A stretch of 63,549 nucleotides of DNA, filler included, from Octopus bimaculoides (taxonomy: Eukaryota): assembly GCF_001194135.2 (NCBI RefSeq). It is 3 parts of 3 records of this genome, joined end to end, with 100 filler letters (N's around TTAATTAATTAA, not from the genome) between each part and the next. Parts side by side here need not be neighbours in the genome. Positions count along the whole stretch, not along the records: positions 30,510 to 61,675 come from NC_068991.1; 2 more parts are not named here. One strand, given 5' to 3'. Under the pieces are notes generated by a model. It ran no database searches, was not told where the DNA came from, and was given only the letters and a program-made list of their open reading frames with translations. Every line of letters begins with the position of its first letter. Position 1 is the first letter of the stretch. The position numbers were made by a program, and so were the translations under genes. Positions 37,241-51,539 of this stretch are shown piece by piece.

Positions 37241-37600
37241 TAATAGTCTATCACTGTTTACTGAAGCGCAACGTCGTGGGTGTGTGAGTCTGAATCAGTT
37301 TCACCTCACCACACAACACGGCCACCACAACTCTTTCATTCATACTCGCACACAAAAGATTTAAGACCGGTTCCTTTTATTATTCACACGATATAACAAT
37401 TCACAAAACAACATATCAACGGCATAATCTTTTCTTAGCAGTTTGTTTTTGTTCTTATACAACCGTTTCGATAATATACCGGTTTAAGTTTCGACAACAA
37501 ACCTCCCACAACATACTTAACAAGGACGGATTTGATGTTATCTTATTTATCTTTCTCTGTTAATATATTATACGCGATACATAACATACATACGGAATAC

Positions 37601-37647
<47 letters not shown>

Positions 37648-37804
37648 TGTATGTATGTATCTTTAGGAGGATATCGTCATTAATAATTGGCAGACTTAAT
37701 GAATACGGATAAAATCAGATTATTTCTGGATTATCTTATTCTTTCATAGATTATAATTTACATTGAGCACGGTGCATGTTATACATATATATATNNNNNN
37801 NNNN

Positions 37805-37940
37805 TATATATATATATATATGTGTGTGTGTATACATATACGCGTGTGTAGTATGTTTATATATTTGTATATATATATATGTGTGTGTGTGTGTGTGAGA
37901 GTATATACATATACGTGAGTGTAGTATGTGTTTATATATT

Positions 37941-38016
<76 letters not shown>
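37805..38016. repeat. Compound (TA)n/(TG)n/(CA)n microsatellite
   Basis: Direct observation. Confidence 0.9.
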
Positions 38017-38521
38017 GTTTAATATTCAATAAATTTGTTATCAGATCTTTTTTTTTCGGTATTAATGATGAGGTTGCTAATATATGGAAAATAATGATTA
38101 ATTAGGATAAGTCCCCACTTCTTTCTCCGTCTTATTTTATACATATAAATACACACACACACACATGTATTTCATTTGGAGATTATTTGGCAAACCCCCT
38201 TTATTATTTTTTTTTACTCTCTCTCTGTCACAAGCACATAAATACATATACGTAGAATATGCGTGTGTGTGTGTTTGATTTGCAGATAATTTAACCATTG
38301 TTGCCACAAGAAGGACACTAATGATAATATTGCTAAAACCACTTTTCACCGTAGAAACCAATTTCTATCAACCTTCGCTTTGAATTGTTTTTTTTTTTTT
38401 TGTACAATAACCACGTACACTCTGCTCTACTCTCTATCTTCCCCCCTCTCTCTCCTTATTTATCTACCCATCTATCTATCTATCTATCTATCTACCTATC
38501 CATCTATCTATCTACCTATCC

Positions 38522-38552
<31 letters not shown>

Positions 38553-39004
38553 NNNNNNNNNNNNNNNNNNNNNNNNNNNNNNNNNNNNNNNNNNNNNNNN
38601 NNNNNNNNNNNNNNNNNNNNNNNNNNNNNNNNNNNNNNNNNNNNNNNNNNNNNNNNNNNNNNNNNNNNNNNNNNNNNNNNNNNNNNNNNNNNNNNNNNNN
38701 NNNNNNNNNNNNNNNNNNNNNNNNNNNNNNNNNNNNNNNNNNNNNNNNNNNNNNNNNNNNNNNNNNNNNNNNNNNNNNNNNNNNNNNNNNNNNNNNNNNN
38801 NNNNNNNNNNNNNNNNNNNNNNNNNNNNNNNNNNNNNNNNNNNNNNNNNNNNNNNNNNTATATATATAAATCGATGGATATACATATTTATATATGTATA
38901 TAGACATATATTACATATACACGCACGCACGCATCATTCACAATACACACACCAACACCTCTGTTACGATGACCATTAAAATTGTGTTTGGCTAACTCAA
39001 TACA

Positions 39005-39500
39005 CGTCGGATAAATTACCTTGTAATATTGAGTTACGTTCCGAGTTCAAATCTTGTCGAAACCAACTTTGCCTTTCATCCTTTCGGACTCTGTAAAATA
39101 AAGTACCAGTATCAGTCATGTATATGGATCGATTTAATCGATTCCCTACAAAAAATTGTGATCTTGTGCCTATGTTAGAAACTGGCACAAGGCGACAAGC
39201 ATGCAGAATCGATAGCACGCCGGACAAAGTGCTTAGCGGCATTTCTTCCGGCTTTATGTTCAGAGATCGGCTTTGCTTTTCAATGTTTCGGGGTCGATAA
39301 CGTAGGTACCAAAATGAGCTTTGGGGTAGATGTAATCGACTTCCTCTCTTCTCAAAATTGCTGGCCTTGTGCCAAAATTAGAATTATTATTGGCAGTGAA
39401 ATGATAAGATCGTTAACGAGTCGGACAAAATGCTTTAACGGTATTTATTTATGACCCTTTTCGTTTTAAGTTCAATTCCCATTGAGCTCAACTAGCCTTT
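39005..39500 (+). mobile_element. Cluster of two to three family B SINE copies/fragments, CpGs retained
   Basis: Repeated gttcaaat..., ctttgcctttcatcctttcgg and gatagcacgccggacaaa segments. Confidence 0.7.
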
Positions 39501-39620
39501 CCTCTTCCCTTTGGTCCAGTACTGAAATTCTTTTATTCTTGTTAACTAAATTTAAGGCCCTGTGCCTGTGTGTGAAATAATCCATTTCCCCACATAATCG
39601 ATTCTGCAATAAACCCTCAC

Positions 39621-39697
39621 CGTTTTCGTAATTTGTCCTTGTAATGCATCCTTCATCTGTCGCTCTTGTGGCAAATAACGGTCAACCTTCAGTGTTG
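39621..39697 (-). CDS. Candidate coding exon, unidentified
   Basis: Donor ACG|GTGAGG, weak acceptor gtctag|, frame xTLKVDRYLPQERQMKDALQGQITKT (phase 1 to 0, compatible with the 42011-42125 candidate). Confidence 0.25.
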
Positions 39698-40241
39698 CTA
39701 GACATCATTCATTGCCATAACCTTTCCTCAGGTTGACTGACGACGTCTCTTCACACCGATCCTCTTGGATACCAATACCGAAGGATCACCTATCTATCTC
39801 ACTTTATTACAAGTCTTAAAATCCTATTTAGTCGCTTATTCCCCATGTTCTTTGCACATTTTCCACCAAAATTACTTTTATCTTGTTTACAGCCCGGTAA
39901 ATATCTGAATTATTTTAGCCTCAAAGCACCGTGTAACCGAAGATGTTAAGCATCCACCCAGCAGAATTATGTGATGTGTGTGTTTCTGTGGGTAGTTCTG
40001 TTTGTCTTATTGCATGTTTTATTTCTTTTGCCTGCTTGTATTGTGTCTGTATGCGGGTAGGGGAGTATTTCTGTTTATATATTATCAGGACTATATATAN
40101 NNNNNNNNNNNNNNNNNNNNNNNNNNNNNNNNNNNNNNNNNNNNNNNNNNNNNNNNNNNNNNNNNNNNNNNNNNNNNNNNNNNNNNNNNNNNNNNNNNNN
40201 NNNNNNNNNNNNNNNNNNNNNNNNNNNNNNNNNNNNNNNNN

Positions 40242-40276
<35 letters not shown>

Positions 40277-42010
40277 TAGTAGGTATGTCTGTTTATTTCA
40301 GTATGTCTCTTCTTGTCTAATTTGTGACAGTTTGTGAGTGAGCGTATATATAAAACTTATTCCACTGTTTGAATTACGAGTGTACATAATAAACTGGTTC
40401 ATCATCATCATCATTACACGTCGCATATTAGAACCATGTTCACTTTCCGTTTTCTTGGTATCCTTGCTAAAAAGATGGTTGAATGCCAGAAACGGTCGCT
40501 TGCCGGACTACACATAGTGTTTGTTGTTTTTGTTCAAAACATTCCGGAATGAGAAAATCAATACCAGTCATGTCCTAATGTCATTTAAATTTCACAAATT
40601 GCCCACAAGTTTTAATTGTACTATACTGTATAAACCGAGAATATTTCGATAAAAAAAAAAAAAGGAAAACGGTACATATTCATGTTATAGCGCTCTTTAT
40701 ATAATATATATCCTTTCTACTCGAGGCACAAAACCTGAAATTCTGATGGGAGGAGGCTGATCGATTTCAGTGCTCAATAGTACTTATTGATATGTCTTAA
40801 TAATAACATCTAGTTCTTAGGAATAAGGCCAAATATTTTCAAGAAAGAGGAATGTAGTTATGCGATATTCATGCCTTCCTGAAAAAGAATTAGCGACGTA
40901 AATAACCAAGTGAAATTGTCTTTTACCGAGAGCGGAAATAGCATCTTGCGTTTTGTCATCTTCTCTAATATAAAAAAAAAAAAATCGCTGTTTGTCACTA
41001 TAGTTTGGTGAATTTGTTGTGCTCTATTGAATCATCTTCAGTATATGACTTGATATTTATTTGATATTCACACACCCCTCCCGCCGGCGTGGATAAAGAG
41101 TGAAATCTATATTACTGAGGCTCAAGTTAAAATACTCATAGTTTGACACAGTCGCGTGTTAGCTCCCCCATCCATTGATTTGTCTTTCCTTTCACTAAGA
41201 TCAAGAAATGGAAAGTTGTGACGTTCACCTATTTCGTTACGAATCCATAGGACTATGGATCAAAGAATAAGTTATCTTTTCTCAACCATATTTACATTTT
41301 AATTAAGACGGATAAGAGTCTAGTAAATGAAATCTGTGTATAAGTGACTGTTATACACAACTGGTATTTATCAATCCAAAGAGGAATCCTATGTATGGCC
41401 ACTTAACCTGTTAGAAATAGCAACCGAATCTGCATCAAATCATACGCTGCAGCCTTAAAAAGAAGAAGAAAAAAAGGGCAGGTACATTAGAAACTGCAGC
41501 CAAAGCCAGGTGAATCGTTAGATCGTCGGACAAAATGTGGTATTTAGTTTGGACACTTTACTTTCTGAGATCAAACCGCGCCTAATTCAACAATGTCTTT
41601 CATCATTTTGTTGATAAAAAAAAGGACCAGCCAAACACTAGACGAGATTTAATATTCCTACAAAGTATCCTAAATGTGAATGGAATTAGAATAGACAACA
41701 ATAGACCTCCTCTCGATGCATATTGTACTACAGAGTATGTCTAGATTTTTAGCTACCACTATATGTATACGTACATGTAAACACCTGGTTCTTTGAAGCG
41801 ATATAATGTTATATTGAAATTATATAGGTGTATACCTTACACAAAAACAGGTATTGATGAAGTTTGGAGCTTTTGGTGTTTGCTCGTTATTTATTTGAAT
41901 GTTGTGGTTGATATAGATATCTTATTACTTCTCTGTTGGTCAAGTGACATAAATCGGTTTCATATTCATGTAGAGGGTTCGTAATTTGCAATGAATGAAG
42001 GGTAATTTAC

Positions 42011-42125
42011 AGATTTGTGGCGTTCGTGGTTTCCTCGACACCCTTTTAAACCTTGTAAATATTACGTGATTCCTAAGAGTAGAATGGACTACCGCCTTGT
42101 CATATATATCTGCATTTAACACATG
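42011..42125 (-). CDS. Candidate coding exon, unidentified
   Basis: Acceptor tcttctctctttctctag|, donor T|GTAAAT, single open frame HVLNADIYDKAVVHSTLRNHVIFTRFKRVSRKPRTPQI (phase 0 to 1). Confidence 0.3.
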
Positions 42126-43564
42126 CTAGAGAAAGAGAGAAGACCGGATACACACACACACATATAATTTTGTGTGTGTGGCGTCCAATACGGGACAGCG
42201 CTAGGAGGACGTCTCCTCTAGCTGGCTAATGGCACACATTCTGTGTCCGATTAATATTTGCGAGGGGAGGTCATCGCTCCCATCCCAAGCCTTACGTGAT
42301 ACATACGGACACGAGTTTTTGGTTGGTTATCCGTCCTCAGCGATTGTTAATCACCAGCTAGTGATAAAAACTCACCCCACTCACAAAGTACTATATGCTT
42401 GGACATAGATAGCGAGAGAGAGCGAGAAAATAGAATAAGAGGTTTGAGTTCCATTCTATTTTTACTTGGTTGTGTATTTTTATTCCTCAGAACGCAGCGA
42501 CCAAAGTCAGCTGTGATGGAGCAGGTCTAGCATCCCAACCACTGCCGTCGTATATATATATAATAAGACTACAGTGTCCGATATTTCTTTCGTTTTTCTT
42601 AAGGTGGCAGGTATGATTTGAAGGCCTTTTTTTAAACAAATCGAGTGACCACGTCTCAGAGAGAGAGAGAGGGTCTTCATAAATTATCTTCACAATTTAA
42701 TGTAATCTGTTAAAATTGGGATCCATCAATCAACTTCTTTGCATTTGAAATAAATATTATTAAAGTGTTCTAATGTTTGTAATAAAACTTTGTTTGCCTA
42801 CGTTTCCCCATAAACTCTGCTGAGTTATCCTTGTTTTTCATTCTTTTGTGTATTTTTCAAATTGATAAAAGTAATTTATGGACACCCTGTATATAAACAA
42901 CGCTGCCTCAACCTTGAGGAAGAGAGCCTCTGCGTGGTCACTCAACCTGTTTAGAATAGTTATACTCACACACACAGGTCTGAGATGGTGTGTTGAAACT
43001 GACGCAGCTGAAGTATTTAAAGCATACATTTATAATGTTATTCACTTTTGTTTTACTATTTAGTAATATATTGAAAATACAGAAGACATATTTTCTTCAA
43101 CTAAAATTTCATTGATCTTATCTAGAAAAGATAGTGAGAGGGAAGAACTGTTGTTAGTGTATTTGGTCAAAGTAATGAGTGCGTTCCAAGTGAATGGAAC
43201 AACTTTCAGCATGCAAGCCAGAGAACACAGCCAGTAGGACGTACTTCACCTTGGTGGTCAGGCTTGGATCTTAGAGACTCCTTGTTTGACCTGAGGTAGC
43301 TGTCCTATTTGGAAGTCTTTTTTCATTTAAACTGTATGCATTTCCTGGTCTTTCTTTTTCATAATTGCTTCTGCATAAATCTCTTTTAATTTATCCCTTG
43401 TAATACCACCCTATTTATCACTTGCTTTCCATCCTCTCAGGGTCAATAAATTAAAGTACTAGTCACAAAACTGGGATTGCTGGTATCGACTAACCTCCTT
43501 TTCTTATACTTGCTAGTTTTGTGTCTAAATCAGAAGCCATTATAATAATTATTATTATTATAAT

Positions 43565-43760
43565 AAGGGTGGCAAGTTAGCAAAATCATCAGAGGGATAA
43601 TTACCTAGTTATGGTTCTTTATGTTCTGAGTTTTGTTTCTGGTGAGGTCAATTTTGCTTTTTATCCTTTCAAGATTGATCAAATAGTCAAGTACTGATTT
43701 TGATGATAATGACTAACCTGCACTCCCTCAAAAGTGCTTGCCTTGTGCCTTAATCAGAAA
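43565..43760 (+). mobile_element. SINE family B, CpG-decayed
   Basis: Degenerate head and core (gaggtcaattttgctttttatcctttcaag). Confidence 0.65.
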
Positions 43761-45769
43761 TGTTATTACCTTCAGAAGAAGCTATCCCTAAAAGATCTAG
43801 CAGAGGTGTTGAATACCTATATTGCATCTGTCATAACTTACTACTTGATGGTTATGTTTTACCCCAGTCCCTTATTGTCCAGGATGGTTTGTCTGGTCCT
43901 TCACTTCTCGTGAAGGGACATGTTCCACTGGTTAGGTGGTCCATCTGTTGTTTGTACCCTCTGGAAAGCAGGTTCAACATTTTGTGGCTATTGATGCACA
44001 GACATGCTCTGAGGTTGTGCCACCTGTGAATTTTTGTAGATAGTGATCAGGTGTGGTCCCCATTTATTTGTAAGGCACATTTTTCTGCAGTTCCTGTCTT
44101 TGATGGAACTTCAGTCTTGTGTCAAGAAAAGACTAAGATTGGGTATCTGGCACATGGAATGTCATTAGCCTCTTACCATTCTCTCCCAGTTGGGAATGTG
44201 GTCAGTGAACGTTCCACTTTATTGATATGTAGAGAACTAGTAGTGGGTAAGAGCACTTATGTTCTGGGAAAACTGAAGGTGCCAACAATAATGAAGTAAC
44301 CAGTTTGTTTCAAAGGATATTGAACTGGGTACTACCTATTTCCTGAAATTCTTGTCTTAGAAGTGCTACTGAGAGGTACTGCTGGTGTGAGGTGAACTTC
44401 AACAGGCAATGAAAGTGCCTTTAGGTGGGACTGCCTTTAATGTGTACAGTAACAAAACTGTATTGCATGCATTTATGTAGTATTTGAGCATTGCTCACTT
44501 GTTGAATTGTGTCCAACAGCTGTTGTTATATGTAGGATGAATTCAACTATCACCTCAGTCCATTGTAGGGATTGCTCGACAGCCCAACAAGGTAGAGCAA
44601 GCAATGCTCCTCTGTCTGGTAACTGTGGCAAAAGTAGTTGTGTGATGGATGAGGTTGAAAGGATTAAGGAAAGGCATCTTCCACTTAAATTAAGCCCGTA
44701 TTGGCTTTTTCATGTTTCATATGGAAAGGAAAGTGAGAGTGGAGAGGGACATGCTTTCTTCCAGTGAATTTATTAAAAGGTGGGTGACAGATAGAAATGG
44801 TCAGAGTAACTTGAACTACTCAAAAAGCTGGAGAACAACAGTTGGCTGAAGTGGTCGGGTTAAAATCTCATCAGCATTTAGTAGTAACTGTTTGAAGAGA
44901 AAGGTGACATAGAAAGAAGTGCTGGCCTGTCATAAATTTTTTGAAAGGTAAGTGAAAGTTGTGAATCTGGTGTAGCTAAATGGGCCTACTGTAATATTAG
45001 GGCTGTAGGTTGGAGACAAGAACTGGGAGAAGGCAATTCCGTTTAGTGGGTCAGAGTATTCTGGGATTGCATGTGGGGTGCTCCAAATTATGGTGTGTGT
45101 ATTCCTCACCATTTTGGAGATCCTTTTATGTTATTTTCCTGTTCTATATTGTTATTGCTGTTTATTGTTATATGTCATTAACATGGTCTTTATTATTAAT
45201 TGATCTCACCCTTCTACTCGAGGCAACCTACCTCCTACCAACTATTACTTGTTTGTAGTTATGTATTGTACATTTGTCTTTGAATTTTCCCTAACATGCT
45301 GAAACTCCGTGACCAATAAATGAAATAATTATAAATATTAAAAAAATAAATAATGCTTTCTTTACTAATCACAAGGGTTGAATAGGATTGAAGATGGTAC
45401 AGGAGGATACAGTGTGGGATTATATAAGAAGCATGTAAATAACAAAGCTGAAGAAAAACCTTGATATTTAAAGAAAAATGCTCCCAAAGGAGGAATTTTC
45501 CAAGGGTTACTTGTGGAAACCCCACAGAATCACTGTTACCCTAAGGCAAGTGCCATTTTTTTTGTTGTTCTTCTCTATGAACCTCATTACAGAACATTTG
45601 CACAAGAACGATGACATTCACAACAATGGCAGCAATAGTATAGACAGTTTTTAATGAGGACAGCATCACAAACAACACCATCTTGTGCCAGCAGTAACAA
45701 TAAGAGTGACAATAACAACAGCAGTGATAGCAACAATGACAACACGAACAATTACAGCAACAGCACCAA

Positions 45770-48700
45770 GGATGACAACAAAGTAAGTGATCGGGGAAGA
45801 CTGTATAGACAAGCAATCTTTTGTTGGGATAACAGCCAGATTAACACATTACTTTTTGTTTTTCCTAAATGACAAGGAGGCACTTGTGAAAGTGAATGGG
45901 AGGAGAACACTAATTGCTGTCTCAGCTGAGATTTTGGCTGGAAGATGGAGTATCACCATGTATTGGCTAAAACCTGATGCCTAGAAGCAGTGATATATAT
46001 ACCCAAGTGGAAAGGGCTTTTAAAGAAATTTGGGAAGATATAGGTCGTGTGACCAGGGCAAGGTAGGTTTGGAGTGTGAAGGACCTCTTCAAGAGTGAAG
46101 CTCTCCATAGCTTCCATATGTGACAGGGAACTCACAATCCACCTAACATATTTAGGGACAAAGATCTGTTGTGTTAAAATAGAGTTCCACCTAGTTGGAC
46201 ATCCAGTGCTTGTTGCTTGTCTTGACATAAAGGAAGTTTTGGTTTGGGGCCGCAATGGAGATCTTTCCTCAGATCAAACCAATGATGTAGAAAAGATCCC
46301 AGATCTTATCTGCCTGACCAATGGAGTGGAGCTGTGTGTTGCATCTAAATGTAGAAGGCCAAGATGCCACTTGTGTGGTGCTGAAGGCCAGCTTTCTGTT
46401 TTCAGCTAAAAGCAGAAAAGAGTCCTCCCTCTCATTACTGCCAACACCACAACCCCAATCTCAACAGCAGTGAACAGCAATAACAGTAGGACATAGACAC
46501 ACAAACATAACATCACCCTCCACCATCAAATTTTGTGCTGATAGGGAGCATGAATGAAAAACTATCCTTTATTGCACAAAAAGAAAACATTGAAACAGAA
46601 GTAAAGGTCTTCTGGTCCAGCACTTTCCAAGAGCCACAAAATGTGAGAATAAAGCTGGGTTTGGAGACATACAAAATAACAAGGATAATTTTTCCTATTA
46701 TATGAGAAGCTTCTGCACAAAGGTTAGCAGTAGGCTCAGCAAGACTAAGATTTCTGATACACTTGCCTTAGTACCCATTTTAAGCGACCCTGCAATCTTG
46801 GCATCCTGCACTCGACCCTGTATGTTGGGATGGAGTGTTAGTGCTGTTTTGGAAAAGGTGTTGGGCCTTAAGCTATAGTCAGTTTTATTTGACTGAAACA
46901 GTAAGTGGTTCTGGATATGAATGGTAATGGTGGTGATACCATTACACTTGTGTACTGGGATGGAGCCACCTGATTTCTTCAGGTGTCTGGAGGTTCTCGT
47001 GGGACATCCTGCTCTTTAGTGCCACTGAGTGATTGGAATGGCATCTTGGATGCATGTTTGGATTGTGTGGGATAGCTAATGGGAGGCAGATGTGTAAAAC
47101 CCTTGCAGACTTCACAAATTTCCAATTGGTTGAGAAGAACCGACTGGATTTCCTGGTTGCACCATGTGGTCACAGACAGATGGTATCTTGTCCAGATCCT
47201 ATCTACTTAAAGTATTCTGTGGGTCAGCAGATAGGGACAGCATAAGATGCCCACAGTTCAAAGCAATTAGCTTCACAGACTACAAATTTGTGATCTGTAC
47301 AGCCAACCTAGAGAGGTTGCATACACAGGGACTCAGTTACTGGAAATTGAACAGGTTTTTCCCAGTGTACCAAATTAGGAGTTAATGGGGCAGTTGTTAA
47401 CAACTGATGGTGGTTGACCCTGAACAGGGCTATTAGAGGTGATAAAGTGTAGTAAGGAAATAGTGATAGTGGATTGTAGAGTAAAGAGAGAGCCAGTTTG
47501 TGACCTAAAAGAGGTGCTTAGAAAAGGTATTACAGCTGATGTGCTGGCAGCAAGATTGACCCTTGATCAATTGTTCAATGCTAAATATGAAGGCTGCATT
47601 GACAGCTAGGGTGCTTGCTTTAAGGCATGAGGAAATGAAAACTGTTTGATGGTCCTGGGTGGTAGAAGTGGGCAAGAAAGCCACATTTTGACCTCAGACA
47701 AATTGGAAGGAACTCATTATTTGATTCTAAGCAGATGTATGTGACTTTTCATTGGCTCTTTGCTTAATTGTTTGGAGTTGGTAGAAGGTTGGAGATAAGG
47801 ATAGACATTACTACCTATCTTGATGGTTTGGTGTGACTCTGAGTTAGGGATGCTTAGTTCTGAGAAAGGCTGATAACTATGGATGAAATGTAGGAAGCAA
47901 TGGCTGGCTGCATGAGAGAGAAATCACTAGGGGTGGATAGTGTGCCCTATGTGCTTTTTTTTTTGCTAGATCTGTTCAGAAGCCTCTTGGCAGATGTCTT
48001 CTGCAACTGTCTGCTGAATGAGAGAATTCCCAGTCCTTTAGAAAGAAGTGTGATGGTGCTGTTGAGAAAGGACTTGAACAAGAAAGATGATTTTAACAAC
48101 TTCAGGCTTGTAACTGTTAAATGCAGAGATGAAGATTTTTGGCCAAGGTGTTAGCTAAGAGTTGGGTGCCTGTCATTGATACTCCGGTAGGTGAGTCAGC
48201 TGTGCCATACCAGTCAGATCTCTCCATGGCATCCTCCACCTCATGTAATACATCATAAAAAGAGTGGGTGAAGAAGCCGTAATGGGAAGGGGGTCTGATT
48301 AATTTAGATCACTCAAAAGCTTTCGATAAGGTCAGCCATCAATACATGGTGGCTGTCCTCAAAGTGGATAGTTTGGGACCTACTTTCAGAAGCTGGATTA
48401 CTGCAATATACAGTGCCATTTGCTCAGTGGTCAGAGTAGATGAAACTGTTGGAACTGTTCAGTATCGTGTTTGGTTGGTTAAGGGTGCCTGCTCTCTTCC
48501 TTCTGTATGTATTGACTCTTGAGCTACTCCTGTAGAAGCTGGAGGCTCTGAGGGGCATCCTTAGACAATTAGGATGCAAAAGATGTTTTGTGCATATGGA
48601 CAATGATACTGTAAAAGTGTGAGGTACCAAACCTTTTGATGTGAGTAGCACTACTTTAAGGCAATACAAGACAGTTAATTTTTGCACTTGTTACTAAGAG

Positions 48701-49230
48701 AAGTCACACCTGCAGCTTGGCAACAACATTTTGGGATGCTGGATGGATGGATGAATTAAATTGCTTGAAGTTTGGTTTGGTCCAAGAACTGGGAAGAGGT
48801 GATGAGCAGAAATGGGCTGGGAGAAAACTATCTCTGAAAGATCTGGTGGAGGCTGAAAATGCCTACATCATATCACACATCTACTACTGCCCGAATGTCA
48901 TGCCTTGCCCCATTTTGTGGCTTTCTTTGGAAGAAATGTGTTTTGATGGTTCATTTGTTGTGTGGAGGATTGGGCATGCTACAGCTAATGATGCACAGGT
49001 ATGTGCTGAGTAACAACATCTCCAGTATTTTCCTGGTGAGCAGGTGTTGTCACTCTTTGCTAGATATACATGTCTGCAGCTTGACTCTTTGACAGAGCTG
49101 TGGGCTTGTATCAACTGTACGCTGAAGCAGGGCACCTGGCAGCTAATGTGCTGTTAGGTACTGACAGACTGCTGTCAGTTGGCAATGCAGTCAGTGGAAA
49201 TTCCACCATGGCATTCTAGAGAGAATTAGT
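45770..49230 (+). mobile_element. Heavily decayed Tx1/L1-clade LINE: ORF1 with zinc knuckle, APE endonuclease and RT remnants
   Basis: RRPRCHLCGAEGQLSVFS (degenerate CCHC, about 46350-46410); SDWNGILD and GLSYWKLN (APE, about 47020-47360); LINLDHSKAFDKVSHQYM (RT, about 48295-48350); WAGRKLSLKDLVEAENAYIISHIYY (about 48810-48890). Confidence 0.75.
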
Positions 49231-49400
49231 GGCGGATAAAAATGATGGTATCCACAGGAAAACTCTGGGCATCTAGTTTCCTAGGTTTCCCAAATTTTGG
49301 AATTGGTATAAATGAATCTTTTTTTTATTCTATCCCAACCATATCTATTATATGTATTGTTTATTTTCCATCTTCCCATGTTAACATGGTGTGTGCTTAC

Positions 49401-49464
49401 TGCTTCAATTTTGAAATAGCTTTTGTTTTCTTTGTGGGTATTTCTTCTATACCACGTAGTAAAT
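49401..49464 (-). CDS. Candidate coding exon, unidentified
   Basis: Acceptor aaatttcag|, donor CA|GTAAGC; open frames xLLRGIEEIPTKKTKAISKLK or FTTWYRRNTHKENKSYFKIEA. Confidence 0.3.
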
Positions 49465-49599
49465 CTGAAATTTGTATTTAAAAACAATTATATCTAGTAT
49501 TTTCAGTAAAAATGCCTTATAGTTATGGTGTAATGATCAACTTCAGCAAATGAGATGGTACTTACAAAAACTATATCAAGTTTTAGTAGCTTATGTTAA

Positions 49600-49990
49600 T
49601 TAGCAGAGGTCGAACTCTGTTTAATGGCATTTACTTGACAAATTGATCAGATGACTGTTTATCAACATGTGGTGAAGAACATTGGGGAAATGTTGTCTCC
49701 TTGTTTGACACACTTCCCAGTTGGAACTCTTATTGATGGCAATAGTTTAGCCATATCAGTTGTACATCCAGAGTTCACATCTTCGAGTGTTGCATTTCCA
49801 GAGACATCAGCATGTTCATTTTGATGCTATCAAAGGTGTTTTTGTAGTCAATGAAAGTGATGCACAGAGGCAGCTTTTATTCATATGGTGGTTCTACAAG
49901 CTGTATTAGAGTTGATGCATAATCCATTGTACTGTGGCTCTTAGGGAAACCTTCTTGCACACTCAGTTGTTAGTCATTGAGGTGTTTCAA
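49600..49990 (-). mobile_element. RTE-clade LINE reverse transcriptase fragment
   Basis: QEGFPKSHSTMDYASTLIQLVEPPYE*KLPLCITFIDYKNTFDSIK matches the RTE RT pattern QAGFR..STMDH....EY..PLC..FIDY.KAFDS. Confidence 0.7.
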
Positions 49991-50177
49991 TAGTCTAGTG
50001 ATTATGGCCTTTGTAAACATTTCATGGAGGGGAGATGAGACATATAGCTATATACACATACAGTCGCTTTTTTTTCAGTTTCTGTTTCCAAAATTTACTC
50101 ACAAGGCTTTAGAAGACTGAACCTGAAACCTTATATGTAGTTACCTGAAAGTTCTTTTGTCATGGTAGTGTTCATGA

Positions 50178-50275
<98 letters not shown>

Positions 50276-51213
50276 CTGTATGTTGTCCACTTGTTAGTTG
50301 TGTTGTGGCTGATGTCCAGTAAATCTAACATTAGACATTCTGAAAATGATGTATTTATGTTTTAATTATCTGTTAAACTGGTCACATGACATCTCTCGAA
50401 GAAAGTTAATTGATTCTCCTTGGCTAGCATATGAATTCAAAGCTGCAGAGAATGTAGAATGCAGTGTGCAAGTAACTTCTTCTATTGTAAACATGATTCT
50501 ATAAAGCTAGTCAGTAAAGGAATGAGAGAAAAAAAATCAATCTGCACTTTCTTTTAAAATATTGTAATTATCTTATAAACTAAATAGTCTAAGGAATAAT
50601 CCATTGCTAAATCCATTGGTTTGAATACTCAAGAATCTGGTCAGAATTGAAAGAATTTATTTTTTCAGTCCGAACCATGGTATTAGCAGTACACAGTAAA
50701 GGAATGTACAATGTAAGTTCAAATGTTAAAACTTGTTGCCTCTGTATAAACGCCATTGATAGTTATCATAACACCACACATAGTTGCTTATCACTTCAGT
50801 TTGGCTCACCATGAAGAGCAATTATTTATAATTTCATTATAAGGCCACACAGTTTCAAGAAGACTACTTTAGATCATCATTCTCATCCACCCCTACCATT
50901 TGACTAGCATTTATTGATTGATTGATCCAGGAAGGATGAAAGGAGAAGTCAACCTTGGCTGTATTTGAACCTTTATACATGACATTATTTGGCAGTTCAC
51001 CAACTTGTTTTCTATAGTTTTCTTGATGTTTAAATTATCTTTAATTCTGTGATTCAGCAATCATATTCTTTTGGTAGATTCAATACTAATTTTTTCTGAG
51101 GATAAAGGATATCAATTTAATTGGTCTCTCTTGTCCTCTCCCTATAAACTGTATCATTATTACTAGCTTGCCACTCTCTTCAACTCTTTTCTTCATCCTT
51201 CTACCCTCTCCAG

Positions 51214-51266
51214 CTCATGCATCATTGGTCACTTTAATCTCTTCATCTGTTCAACCTTTTGTGTTG
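51214..51266 (+). CDS. Candidate exon, unidentified
   Basis: Long pyrimidine tract cttttcttcatccttctaccctctccag| and donor TTG|GTATGT; frame xHASLVTLISSSVQPFVL. Confidence 0.25.
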
Positions 51267-51539
51267 GTATGTGCAAAAACTCTGACAGGGTACTTGATTT
51301 TCATTATTTTTTGAAATGGTCATTGGTTTTAATTCAGCACTATTCGTCGTACATGCTAGTACAACTTCAAAACTTTAACTTTTTATTTCCTGTTGTTTTA
51401 ACTAACATTTATTACACCTTCACATAAAATTTCATAGGTTTTCGTCCATATTCACTATGTTACTTAAAAGCATAGTTGCATTCCTTGTGTTGGTGTATTT
51501 AATGTATTACCTATTACAAACAGCTACTTTTTTTGCTGT

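Noticed and set aside
43760-44960. GC-richer block with several short ORFs
   Set aside because: Probably a decayed retroelement, but I could not find a diagnostic motif on either strand, so it is not called.
45654-45790. Asn/Ser-rich ORF (and the similar tract at 22340-22425)
   Set aside because: Degenerate (CAA/CAG)n simple repeat with no splice or start support.
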